Source: Octopus sinensis (lineage: Eukaryota). Taken from it: a stretch of DNA of 64,000 nt. The notes under the pieces were generated by a model. It did not search any database and was not told the origin of the DNA. It saw only the letters and a program-made list of their open reading frames with translations. The translations under genes were made by a program, and so were the position numbers. The stretch's first letter is position 1; each line of letters begins with the position of its first letter. Location: the NCBI RefSeq assembly GCF_006345805.1, contig NW_021832374.1, positions 310,001-374,000 on the forward strand, read 5' to 3'. Below are positions 28,501-39,880 of this stretch, in pieces.

Positions 28501-30179
28501 GTTTTGAAAGATGGGTGGAAGTGGAATGCAAAGAACGAAAGCCATGTTGAGATTCAGCAAATGGGAGGAAAGGTTTTATGATGCTCAATACAACTCGCTC
28601 TGTTATTTTTGAAACCACTGAGATCAAAGAGATAGGTCGAAAAGAGGAGGGGTCAGAGGTATCACGATTTGGCTTTGGGATAGGGATGATGGTAGATTTC
28701 TTCCAAAGCATAGGAACCAGACCATGGTTGATCGAGTATTCGATTAAATTGGTCAGAGCCAGAAAGCCATTAGGACCCAGATTTTTTAGGTGGTGGATGG
28801 CAAGGCCATCAGGACCTCTGGCGTTAGAATTCCGCGAGTTAACAACAAGTTGCCTGGTAAATGATTCTGGGATGTTAATATAGTCAGTAGAATTGTCATT
28901 TGACTTATAATGTGATTTTCTTACGAAACGGAGATCCTTTGGGGTAGGAAGGTGACTGATTTTTGCATAATGGCGAATTAAGATGTTGGCTTGATCCTGG
29001 AAAGATAGGACAGACTTTTTGGTCGAGATACCGGTGGCATGTGAGAGGGGACATGTTTGCCTCGTGTGAATTTTCTTGAGGGTTCTCCAGAAAGCACGGG
29101 ATCCAGTATTTGGGGTTATTGAAGTGATAAAATCATTCCATTCGTCAGTTTTATGTTTCTTGATTAATTCGTCAATTTGTTTGTTGATTTCTGCTAGGGA
29201 TTCTCCATTTCCATTGATAGAAGTCGTCGATTTGATCCTCCTTCGTTTTTTGAATAGTTCAATGATAGGTGGGGGGAAGTGGAGGCCGTGATTTCGGATG
29301 AAGCCGCGGGGAATAAATTTTTTGTCCGCAGAAAGAAGTGTACTAGTAAAGAAAGCAACGGCAGCGTCAAATGATTGAATGGAGGAGCAAGAAAAATTAC
29401 TGAATATACGTTCAGTTTCACTCCTGAACGAGTCCCATTTCCACGTTTGTAGTTAATGTAGGTCTTCGTAATTCTCTTCTTTACAGGGTGATGGTTTATT
29501 TTGATTAGAATAGGATTGTGGTCCGTTGGTAGGTCGTACAGAACTGTCCATTTGGCGTCGAGGGCGATGTTTGGGGAACATAAGGTAATGTCAGGAGAAG
29601 TGTTTGAATCTCCAGGTCGCATTGCACAGCGGGTGTGTAGAAGAGGGTCGTTTAGAGTGACCAATTCTTCCGCATCCGTTGTGATTTGCTGGCCACGTTT
29701 GTCAGTTTTGTTTGTGGATAACCAGAGAGGATGGTGGGCGTTGAAGTCGCCACATAGAATACAGTTTTCAATTGAAAAAAGAGGCAGTAAGTTCGGTGTA
29801 TAATTGGGAGCACATGACGAAATCGGGGGGATATATGTGTTAACAACAGAGTAACATATCTTGTTAATGTTAATTTGAATAGATGAAATTTCGGTAAATC
29901 GATCATTAGTTAAGAGAGATTCAATGTTGGCAGTTGAGTCTGCAAAGGGAATGGCCTCGTGAATGAGAGTAATGAGACCACCGCCAGGCTTTCCAGACTG
30001 GCGGTCACGACGAATGGTGGAATATCCCTTAAAACGGGGGGTTGGGATTTTGGAGTAAGTTTGGTCTCTTGAATAAGAGCTATATCAATAGAGTTCGTGT
30101 GTAGAAAGTAGCGTAGGTCATTGCATTTCTTGGAAATCCCGTTGATGTTCAATTGAAGGATGGTTAGTGTTCTAATAGG

Positions 30180-30250
30180 CTCAGGTCCAGGGTTTTGTTC
30201 CACATCTCCACACCGAATCAACAATAGAGTCAGGGAACGTAAGCTTGGCG
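30180..30250 (-). other. 2A ribosomal skipping peptide motif
   Basis: SLRSLTLLLIRCGDVEQNPGP fits the D(V/I)ExNPGP consensus directly upstream of the APE domain. Confidence 0.85.
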
Positions 30251-30309
30251 CTCGTCCCGTAGCCACTACCAACCAAACCGTTGACAGGTTGGTTGGCAAG
30301 GGGGAAAAA

Positions 30310-30381
30310 TTGGTTCTGTTTGTTGCTGATGAGAAATCAGCATCCAATCGTCTCCACGAGAAGGTGAACCACATGACGATC
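30310..30381 (-). ncRNA. Candidate HDV-like self-cleaving ribozyme at the retrotransposon 5' end
   Basis: P1 GAUCGUC/GACGAUU with a first G-U wobble starting at element nucleotide 1; P3 UUC/GGA; L3 ACCUUCUCGU; GG after P1; P4 UGCUGAU/AUCAGCA; P2 pairing is weak. Confidence 0.65.
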
Positions 30382-31279
30382 TTCATCAATCTTATTAAAA
30401 AAATGTCTTCAAAACACCAGAAATACCTCGACTCTGTAACCTCCCAATTGGAGTTGATAAATTCCCCTTTCGATACCACTCTCGTTTCTGTACTCGAACA
30501 AATGTTTCGAACAAACTCAGTAAATAGTTGGGGAGGACTGGTCATGCTATTTTTGTTAGCACATGATTTGGCGGAAAAGAATCCCGAATATAGTGGACTA
30601 ATAAAAGATGTATTCATCGAGCACATCAATCGGGTGTATTCTGGGTGGGTGTCCAGGCAGGGAGGATGGGTTTATATTCTGCCATCATTTATAGCACAAA
30701 CTATTCGTGGCTAAATATTTGGCAGTGGAGAATACGTTTAGTTTGGTTGGGTTTCTGTCATCTAAAATAACCAGTTTGTTTGTCAATTAATTATTATTGT
30801 TTTATTTATAAGATCAAAGTAATTGACATTTAATGTGGCCAGTTCGATCGGTTAAATCGATTTGGTTTTATAAGATAGTCATGTCCTATCGATTCTAAGG
30901 ACGATTTGGATATTGGCATTTGTAAATATTAATTAATTTTATGTTTCGTGGGGATGTTGCTCTTTGTCTATTATGGTCTATAAATACTTAATTGCTGTTT
31001 AATTTTAATCAAGTCGTTTAATAATTGTTGTAATAAATACTTCCAACTGTTTATTTATAGATATTTTAATAAGGTTTTAAAAAGAGATATGGCTCGAAAT
31101 GAAAACAGATTTTTGTGCCTAGTAGAAATCTGTCTTTTTCAAATAAAGATTAATATTATATAAATAGTGTTTATTGGAACTATATCTACTATAAAATTTT
31201 TATAATTAAAATAATTTTTGATTCTTATTAAAAATTTAATAAATTCATAAATTAGTACCCTTATGTGTGTAATTTTTTA

Positions 31280-33472
31280 ATGACTGAAACGATCAACTTA
31301 ACGGAGAATAATGAACCTAATAAAATTCAAAAAGAAATAATAATTCATTTTGATCGAAATAAATACTCAAGCACTGATTTCCCAACACTCGAATTCTATT
31401 ACGACGATCTCCTGGCTTCTTCTGACCAACTCAATTTAACCAGCAAAATACCAAAAAAAGACTCAAAGAACTAAGGGTATCGAAAAGAATTCAAAAAGAA
31501 TTTGTAAACAATCAAATCCATTTTAGAGTAAACTAATTGAAGACAGAGGAGTCAACGAACGGGAAGCTTTAATGCTCATGGAAAAATTTCCCCACCTCAA
31601 CTACGGTTATGACACATCCGACCCGTTCGTGGACGACTCTGAAATTGTATTTATCCCTAAAAACGTGTTGTAGTATGATGAATGCATTCCTTTCGATATG
31701 CGAACCAAAATTGAGGGGTTTTACTTGAATGACGGACCTGTGGAATATTATTTCGAAGATTCTGAACACTCCGACTCCGTGTTTACTCCCAAATCCAAAA
31801 GAAAGTGTAAAAACGAGGACAAACATCCAGAAACTGAAGCAAAAGACAAAAAAATAAACACAAAAACAAACAGTCTTCGAACTCATTTAAATCAACAGTT
31901 TCCGGATTTATAGCCAATTATGTGGAGAAGTGGTATTATATCATCGAATCAGCCTCCAATTTGGTATTTGGGGATTCTTTCGACCCGATTGATAGTCTGC
32001 TGTCACTAATCCCTTCAAAAATGTCCCAAACTATCGACAAGCTCATAACCCCGTTGTTTAAGACAAATGGTGGTGATCTTCTTGACGATTTGGTGGCCCA
32101 CAGTCCGCCAACCCGCCCTTCATTGACACATTTGGCCTCGGAACTGCCTGCTGGGTATTATCAGCCCGTTATTGCTGCTTTATATCGTTTTTTGGAGGTT
32201 TTGATGTTTTTGCAGTCTCTAGTCCATGGAATTGAAAGGTGGTCGTCTGGACTGCCCTCGCAAACCGGATTTCGAAGACACAAAAACATTATTTGTGTTA
32301 CTAAATAAGTAATATAAATTAGGTTATTCGTCAACTATCGACGATTTGGGCTGTCTGAGCAACAGTGGGAGACAATACAAAATATTATTTCAACTGGACT
32401 TAACTTGTCTCCAAAAACTGACAAAACATCGATTTTGAAGATATTGTGAAATGTTACTGCGGGGGGATTGACAAAGGGTTGATAGCTTGTTAGTAGTATT
32501 GGCACTACTGTCTAGATTTGCAGGACATTGAGAGGAGGGGCACAGGAGGAATCCACTCAAGTTTTTGTAAAAAAGCACAAATTCATATTTTCGTCTTGTC
32601 AAATGTACATATTTGTATATTTGTTTGTAGAAAGTTGATAAGAGCGGTATTTATTAATATATTTATTGGCCATCAATGTGGAGACCATGTCGATCGAGAC
32701 ATTTCTCCACCAAACAAACACGTTTTTGAATCATCTGGTCTCCGAATTTGGCGGAGTGGTTTGTGGAATAACGAGGAATGGACTGATGAAACAAGCAGAC
32801 ATTGATTTCAGTCCATTGAGACGTATTGTGAAGAAGAACGCACAGTAGTTCTCCATTTATATTTTAGATTGTCAAAAAGTGCCACAGAAGTGGGACAAGG
32901 CACTGATAAAACGAATTTCGGAGCTATCGAACCCACAAATATGTCACTTCCCGATAATATGACTGAAAAAGCAAACATTTGTGACAAGTCTGTTAATTTG
33001 GGGACAGTCTTCCTGAGATTTATACATCTCCGATTAAAACACCCGCCAACTGTGACCCCGAGAATATGATTTTGCCGAGCAGTTCTAATTCACTCATATC
33101 CCAACCGATTGCTATAAATTCGGGGAAAAGTAAGGCACAGACGTGTGTCCCCGATTCTCCCCCTGTGAAGAGGTCTTCCCTTCCAAATTCAGTTGGGGAT
33201 ACATCATATGGGGGGTTGTTTTCTCCTGTCCAAAATACGGGCTTGTTGATGAGGCCTTCACAGAATGTGCATATTGGTGGGGGACTGCAGTCGAGTCCGT
33301 CCGACATCCATTTAATGGGGAGAATTATTGGCAGTCGCTGAACAGAGCGTTTTTGAATCCTCGGAATAATTTGTTTTTTACTCCAAGTTCCAAGTATTCC
33401 TCCTATCTTTGGAATCCATCACGACCAAAACAGAGACCTTCCAGCTATCAACATAATCGACCTCCATACTGA
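31280..33472 (+). CDS. UBN: Ubinuclein / yemanuclein-like histone chaperone (multi-exon)
   Basis: HUN motif YGYDTSDPFVDDSEI-YDECIP...TKIEGFYLNDGPVEY across a 27-nt intron, followed by a Ser/Pro-rich tail; the 3' extent is inferred. Confidence 0.72.
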
Positions 33473-33959
33473 TTCACTATTTGTACATTTATGTATTATG
33501 TGTCCTATAATTTTTGGAAATTTCTCAGTGACAGATTGTTTGAGCAGGGTTTTTCAGTAGTTAAGAAATCAAATGTTAAGGCAGAGTTTGGATGCGATGT
33601 AAATATGAAATTATTTTTATAAAAAATACTAGATCTGGTTTCCATAAAAATTGTATATTTCCAGCTCTGTTTATTTTAATCTGTTCCCCGATTCGAATTC
33701 TTTTTTGGTTTACTATAGACTTCATTATTTAAAGTTGTTGAAAAATTTTAGCCTAATGAACTTACACTACATTTTGAAAGCGTAAATCTTGATTCATCAT
33801 CATTGAGTTTGCCTTAATTGGCATTTACAAATCAAAGAATGTTAAGTAAAACGATTTTATTTTTATATTTTGAAAACACGACTTTTTTAAACTAAAATCG
33901 AGGTTAATCAACAAATTTTATTCGTTGCTTATCATTGCAGTAGTTGCCGATTTTTAAAC

Positions 33960-36900
33960 CAATAATAACTTAATAGTTAATCAGAAACTAAGCAGATCTC
34001 ACTCCAGCTCGCTGATATCCACTCTCCTTCTCTTGGAAGAAGAGTCTACTTCCAGCTGCCTCTTACTCCCCACTACCACATCTGATTCAACCATTGCATC
34101 TTCTTTAGCATTCATTGGGTCGTCTTCATTTTTGCATGCCATCTCCACATACCGGTTGGAAGCAGAAGCGTATTCTTCACCAGATACCTTCATTCCGTGC
34201 TTGTGTTCGATCATCATACTCTCGAGCGTTCTTTTCAGTACAACGGATTGGATGTATGTCCTCGTTCCTGCTTCAATAGATAATTTCTTCATATAATTTT
34301 TGAAGCATTTCGAGACAACTCCATCCCATGTCATAACCACAGGAATTATTTTTACTTGACAGCTATACAGAAGCGAAAGCTCACTTGCCAATAGGTCATA
34401 CTTGTGACACTTTTCAACCTCCACTTGCTTGAGGCGATCCTGTGAAGTAATACCCACTTCAATTAGATTTATTTCGTTTCTGACTTTGTCGTGGACAAAG
34501 ATATCTGGCTTGTTATATTCTACTTTTGTTTCGGTGAGGATTGTAGAATCAACCCTGATTTCAACTTTTCCCGTCGACAGTGTTGACTGAACAGAATGTC
34601 CCTTCAATCGTCTTGCTTTTTTGAGTCCATACATTCGGCACAAGTTAAGGTGAATACACTTCACAACTTCGTTGTGTCTCCGGAGATAATCACTGTTGAG
34701 CATTTTACCACACTGAGTAGCCATGTGGTCAACAGTTTTCTTGCTTTTCTTACAATGATTGCATAATGAGTCAGCGGATGCAAAGAACAAGTTTCGATCT
34801 TGCAAAAGACAATACAATGCTTCGCTTCGTGGCCCATTATTTCCATTAGATAGCCATTCTGAGGATGCAGGTAAATCAACATTAGGTTCATCCACACATT
34901 TGAAAAGCACAGAATGTAGTGCTTTAGAACTAATTTTCTTTTGTAAATATTGTATCTGACTGGACTTTAGAGACTCTATAGTAATACTCTTCTATCAATA
35001 ATTGCATATTTGGAGGATAGAAATCCTGCGATCATAGCCAAATGCCATTTATTCATTTTAATTACACGCAGAATCCCCGCCCTCCGTAAGCATATAGTTG
35101 ACATATTTTCCAGACTCGTAAGGAACTGAAAAGCATTAGTTCACTTTTGAAAGTAACTGATGAAAGCCCTCTTCCAAGAGCCTTCCGGTTTAAATACAGT
35201 CTCTCTTTATTTGCAGGTTTGAGATGTAATCTGAGCGACGTAAGCAATTGCCGTATTTGTCTGTCAATATCATCAAATTCAGAAGGTTCAATATTGATTA
35301 GCCCAATATAATAATTATATAGTGACAATGCATATTCATTTATAGCACGAAACAGATTCACAGAGTTGAGTTTTGTTTTCGATAGCATAGTTATCCTCTT
35401 CTTAACATTCTCAAAGATAGAGTCCATAACTCTATTCTTAAGAACATTGCTTCCACCATCTTCAAGTACACCCAAATACCGATATCCATTGATTCCGTCA
35501 ATAGTCTTACAACATGATAATGATTCCAAATTAGACGCTGATTTTTCTGAATTCATCTCCAAACCAACAATTTTAAAAAATCCGTTAACAGCTTCCATCA
35601 TTTTGAGTAAAGTGTCTTGTTTGAGAGCAAATATTTTTAGATCGTCAATAAATAGCAAATGATTAGTAGAATATGTTAACATATTGGGATCTTCCTGGTT
35701 AATTTCAAGTTTTGGAAACACGGAATTAAGGATCCTGCTTAGAGGATCTAATACCATAACAAATAGTAAAGGAGACAATGAGTCTCCCTGTAAAATTCCT
35801 CGGTTTAACTTCACTGATCCAATTCTTCTACCTTCCATATGCAGCTTTACTGCCCACTTCTTAACTACGCTCTTCACAAAGTTTACGATCCAAAGCGGGA
35901 TTCCAGAACAATCCAAAACGTGAAACAAAAAATCATGATCAACTGAGTCATATGCTTTCTTCACATCGACCCAAGCAGAATAAAGGCCATTCCCGTACTC
36001 CTTGTTCAAACATTGGTTAATGAGAGCTTGCTCCTTGGCGCCTTGACAATACTTCCTCGTTCCAAGTTGGTTGTCTGAAATTAGGCCAAATGCCTCGACA
36101 AAATCAGCCAGTTTTACATTAACACATTTGGTGACAAGTTTATACAATGTCGGCATACACGTTATAGGACGTAAGTCCTTCGGGGTCTCACAATCATCTT
36201 TTTTAGGAATCAAATATGTTATTCCAGTGTAAAACCAACTTTCAGGCATGTACTCTCCATTAATTATTCGGGTTATCTCGTGACACAGAAATCCATGTAA
36301 TGACTCCATCTTCTTAATGAAAAAGTTATATATCCCATCACATCCACATGCCTTCCAGTCAGGAAGATACTTAATAACATTTCCAAAAAACTCTTCCGTA
36401 AACTCTGGAAGCATATGTTCAGCACAAGTAGTTCGTTTTCCAACAACGTCATAAGATTGAGGCCTCCATTTCTCTCGCTCCAGACTTTTTGCCAAAAAGA
36501 GACACATTCTTCATCATCAAATCCATACAGCGTCACTTCCTCTTTCTTTGTTAAGTCTCGATAGAATCTTTTTCGATTTAATTCAAAGCACTGATTATCC
36601 TTACGAAATTGCTTCCTTGAATTATGAACTTCTATTTTCTTATTGTTAATCCTAATCAGGTCTTGCAATAATATCTGAATCCTCGACAGCTCACCTTTCT
36701 TAGTTTTCTTATACCCATAGCGACAGAGAACATCCATTACCTTTTGCTTTTCAGATGGAGGTAGTGTTTGATTGGAATGGGAATTAACAATTTCCAATTC
36801 TGCAGATAATTTTGAAATTTTCTTTTCAATATTTTCTACCCATGTGCTCTGTGCTTTGTCTCTCATGGTTAGAGATAAATACGCACATTGAGCAGCATAT

Positions 36901-37600
36901 AGAATATCAGAAATGCTATTGATATCATTAGGATGATTATCTTTCGTATATAATATATCGCCGAATTCAATCCTGTCAATATATCAGTTTTCAAATATTT
37001 ATTTTGAATTTTTGGAGTTGGTTTACGTGAATCCCTTGGAATCGATTCAATATTCTTAATTTGTATATTCAACTCTTCTAGACACTTTCTAAAAGTGGAA
37101 ATTTCTGAGCTCTCAAGAAATTGCTTCTGATGGCAATTGCTTCCATAATTATTATCCACTCTCATTGGTTTAACCATTCCTTTGAGTTGACTGAGACTTG
37201 CACTCTTCGAGAATTTTGAATTAAACTTCTCACGGATAAGGTTCCATCCACCTCTTGGTATCCTCCCAATTCTTTGCTTCGTGGCATAAACAATCTGAGA
37301 CACCCACTCAGCTTCAGAAACACAAATAGCATCATCGATAATGGCCGAAAGGGAATGCAAGTTAGTTGGGATAGTAGGATTCCCAGCAATTGGATTGTCA
37401 TGAATACTAGTCCTTGTGCTGTTATCCAGCCCCAGAGACGACACTCCTGCACTTGTTATGTTATTTTTATCCTTTTTCGCAGGAAGGCCCCTAGGATTCG
37501 ATTTCCTCATATCATTAGGAACGGACATGCACAACACCACAACAACTAATTCTTTCCCCTTATCATTGCATAACAAAGTTTATTTTAAATAAAAAAAGTA
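33960..37600 (-). mobile_element. Near full-length R4/Dong-like RLE retrotransposon
   Basis: Consecutive ORFs 36869-37576, 36273-36866, 35062-36507 and 33999-34910: Myb-like N-terminus, RT (DVKKAYD, GILQGDSLSP, LFIDD, YLG), CCHC knuckle, KPDI...IEVG endonuclease; broken by small indels. Confidence 0.9.
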
Positions 37601-37929
37601 AAGTTAAATATTTTGTATTTGTCAGCTAACTTTTTGTACTCTATGAATCAATGTTAATTTCAAGAATTATTTCCTAAATCCTTCATAAAATATTTTCTTC
37701 TTACATTGAATCAAGATTTGTTTACAATAATATTATACACTATATCCAAAACACCATTTCTATATACACCCCTCGACAAAAAAATCCGGACATTTTTATT
37801 ATCAAATTAAAAAAAACAAACTTTGAGCACAATATTTTTGTCTATGTTTTTATATAATAGAATGTTGTTTATTGATCAAAACACAGAAACCGAAAGAAAA
37901 GAAGGAAAGATAGTTAACGAGGAGATTAA

Positions 37930-38660
37930 ACGAGGCACCGAAGTGTCTCTTTCAATGCGTATCCCCAATTATTGTCGGTGTCGACAACTTTTCCGGATCA
38001 TGGGCACAGAAGAACTCTGCAAGCTTTCTAGCCTTGCGTCAAGTTGTACTCCATAATCCAGTTTCAATGCCAAAAGTCTTGTTTACCAACTGTTCGACAA
38101 AGTAGTCACTCTTCCATGGTATATTAATGGACGTGTAGCCTTCAAATTCCACTTTCATTGCTTCCTTCAGCTTAGTCTCATTAATGACCAACATGTCAGA
38201 CTTCTCTGAGGATAGGTGATCGTTAGTATGAACAATCCTTCCGCCGTCGACTGACCTCCCGTGGAAGCGCCGCCACCTTGGCTAAAGGAGGCGTATCAAC
38301 GGTTGGCTTTCCAGACATTTCGAGGGCTTGCCCCTCTATCAAGTCCAGAGTTTCACTTTGGCTTCCTTCTGGGCGTTCTTGTTGCGGGGCCCGTTTTCAC
38401 ATTGCTCACTTTCTGTAGATCTGTTTGCATGCCAAATTCGACAGTCATCGGCAATCCACTGTTTCGAGGAATTCAGCGTCCGTCTGTTCACCAATTGATT
38501 ATTAGAGATGTCCTCAGAAACTTTCCATTGACAATTGTGCTCCTGCCATCAGATGGTGTCACTGAGGTTCCCCAAGTAATTTTTGATTGTCGCATTTGTC
38601 AGATTTTTCTCTCGAGTGACTGTTTGGCAACCTCCCCAATTGGCTCTGTGCGTCGACAGA
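37930..38660 (-). mobile_element. Degenerate APE-LINE 5' remnant
   Basis: DMLVINETKL...FEGY and TIIGDTH resemble APE motifs; upstream GC-rich ORF1-like sequence. Confidence 0.45.
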
Positions 38661-38689
38661 TATTTGTTATATAAATGATGAAAGATAAA

Positions 38690-39200
38690 GATCAATCATT
38701 TTTTCAGATAAGTGTTCCTTCAAAGTTTATAATGCACCAAAAAGAAAATTTATATACAGAAAAAGAGGAAATGATTATAAAAATTCAAATTCTGTCCCAA
38801 CTGTTAAATGTGGTGGGAAAATTATGGTCTGGAGATGTTTTTCTTATTTTGGCATGGGTACATATTGTTTTACTAAAGAAAAAATTAACTCTGGTAAAAA
38901 TATAAACATTTTGTCGAACAATCTTAAAAAATCAGCAATTAAAATGGGCTAAACAGCTACATGTTTCAGCATGACAATGACCCATGTCATACTTCCAATG
39001 CAACAATGGAATATTTTTCTGCAAATAAAATTAATTTACTCGATTGGCCGGCACAGTGAATCCAATTGAACACATTTGGGCTAAAATAAAATATGAATTA
39101 TCGAAGGAAACTATAGAAAATCAACCAAAAAATAGAGAACAACAAAAAGATAAAATTAAATTCCAATTGACTATATTAAAAAATTGATAAATTCGATGAA
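38690..39200 (+). mobile_element. Tc1-like transposase remnant
   Basis: IFSD, VPTVKCGGKIMVW, FQHDNDPCH, LDWPAQ and NPIEHIW (the SPDL segment is deleted). Confidence 0.75.
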
Positions 39201-39205
39201 AAGTG

Positions 39206-39290
39206 GAGTGTGCTTCGACGAGAACACACCCACACGGTCAGTGGATTATGGGCCCAAAAAGAGAAGATTAAGCTAATTAATTACTTTAAA
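39206..39290 (+). mobile_element. Short R4-like 3' tail
   Basis: Near-identical to 20521-20605. Confidence 0.55.
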
Positions 39291-39326
39291 AAGTCAATAA
39301 TATTATTTGTGTGTTTATTTGTTAAA

Positions 39327-39880
39327 TTAACAATCATAAAGGTCTTCACCACGAGTAACTGGGGGATAATATTTTTCAACCCGGTTAACAAATCCCATCA
39401 ATTTTATTGGTGTTAAAACCTTTTTAGCGTCTACTACAATTTCTTCTAATATTCTTAGCATATATTCAGAAATTGAAGTACCATCCGGAGTTTTTTTATA
39501 ATTGAGAATTATTGACATTTTTTCTTTTTGAATCTTTTTACTTCTGCTTTAAAAGTATTCCAGGCTAATTCAATCGGGTTTAATAAGTACGAATATGGGG
39601 CCAATCGTAAAAGCTCAACATTTTCTTCCTGCTCCACAACCGATTCCAATTGATTGTGAACAGAGCATTATCAATTATTAAAGTGGGATCTTGTATACAT
39701 GAAGACCTGAATTCATTAATTAACTCTTATTCATTTTTTACAATCTTCTCCTCTATAAAAACCTCTTTTTCATTGAAAATTAAGCAATGTTGAAGCAGAC
39801 ATTGCATTTATACAATGTAAGTTAGAACCTCTCGAGATCTTAATTTTTATCGTCCTTCTTTTCTCTTACAATATAAATTA
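39327..39880 (-). mobile_element. IS630/Tc1-type DDE transposase remnant
   Basis: LIWIDESNFNL, LIIDNA, LRLAPYSYLLNPIELAW; frameshifted. Confidence 0.7.

Larger units (their letters stand above)
27089..30381 (-). mobile_element. Full-length Ingi/Vingi-like non-LTR retrotransposon (2A-APE-RT)
   Basis: 16-bp TSD TTCATCAATCTTATTA at 27073-27088 and 30382-30397; APE (LQLNING, IQETK, CGDFNAHH), RT (GVPQGSVLSP, YADD), C-terminal LARLRCG...DLWERP with no RNase H; 3' hairpin and (TAAA)n tail; a few frameshifts. Confidence 0.93.
26974..30790 (+). pseudogene. Bcl-2 family gene interrupted by a retrotransposon
   Basis: Joining 26974-27088 + 30398-30669 + 30695-30790 (25-nt intron 30670-30694) gives 160 aa in frame: BH4-like TTHSLVDCII, LDSVTSQL, BH1-like VNSWGGLVMLF, BH2 WVSRQGGW and a hydrophobic C-terminal tail. 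Confidence 0.85.

Noticed and set aside
30160-30714. ORF as a standalone 184-aa Bcl-2 gene with BH3-like ASNRLHEKVNHM
   Set aside because: Everything upstream of 30382 is retrotransposon antisense sequence as defined by the TSD; the true N-terminus is at 26974
37480-37620. HDV-like ribozyme or TSD at the 5' end of the R4-like element
   Set aside because: Only a simple hairpin is visible; I could not assign P1/P3 or a duplicated target
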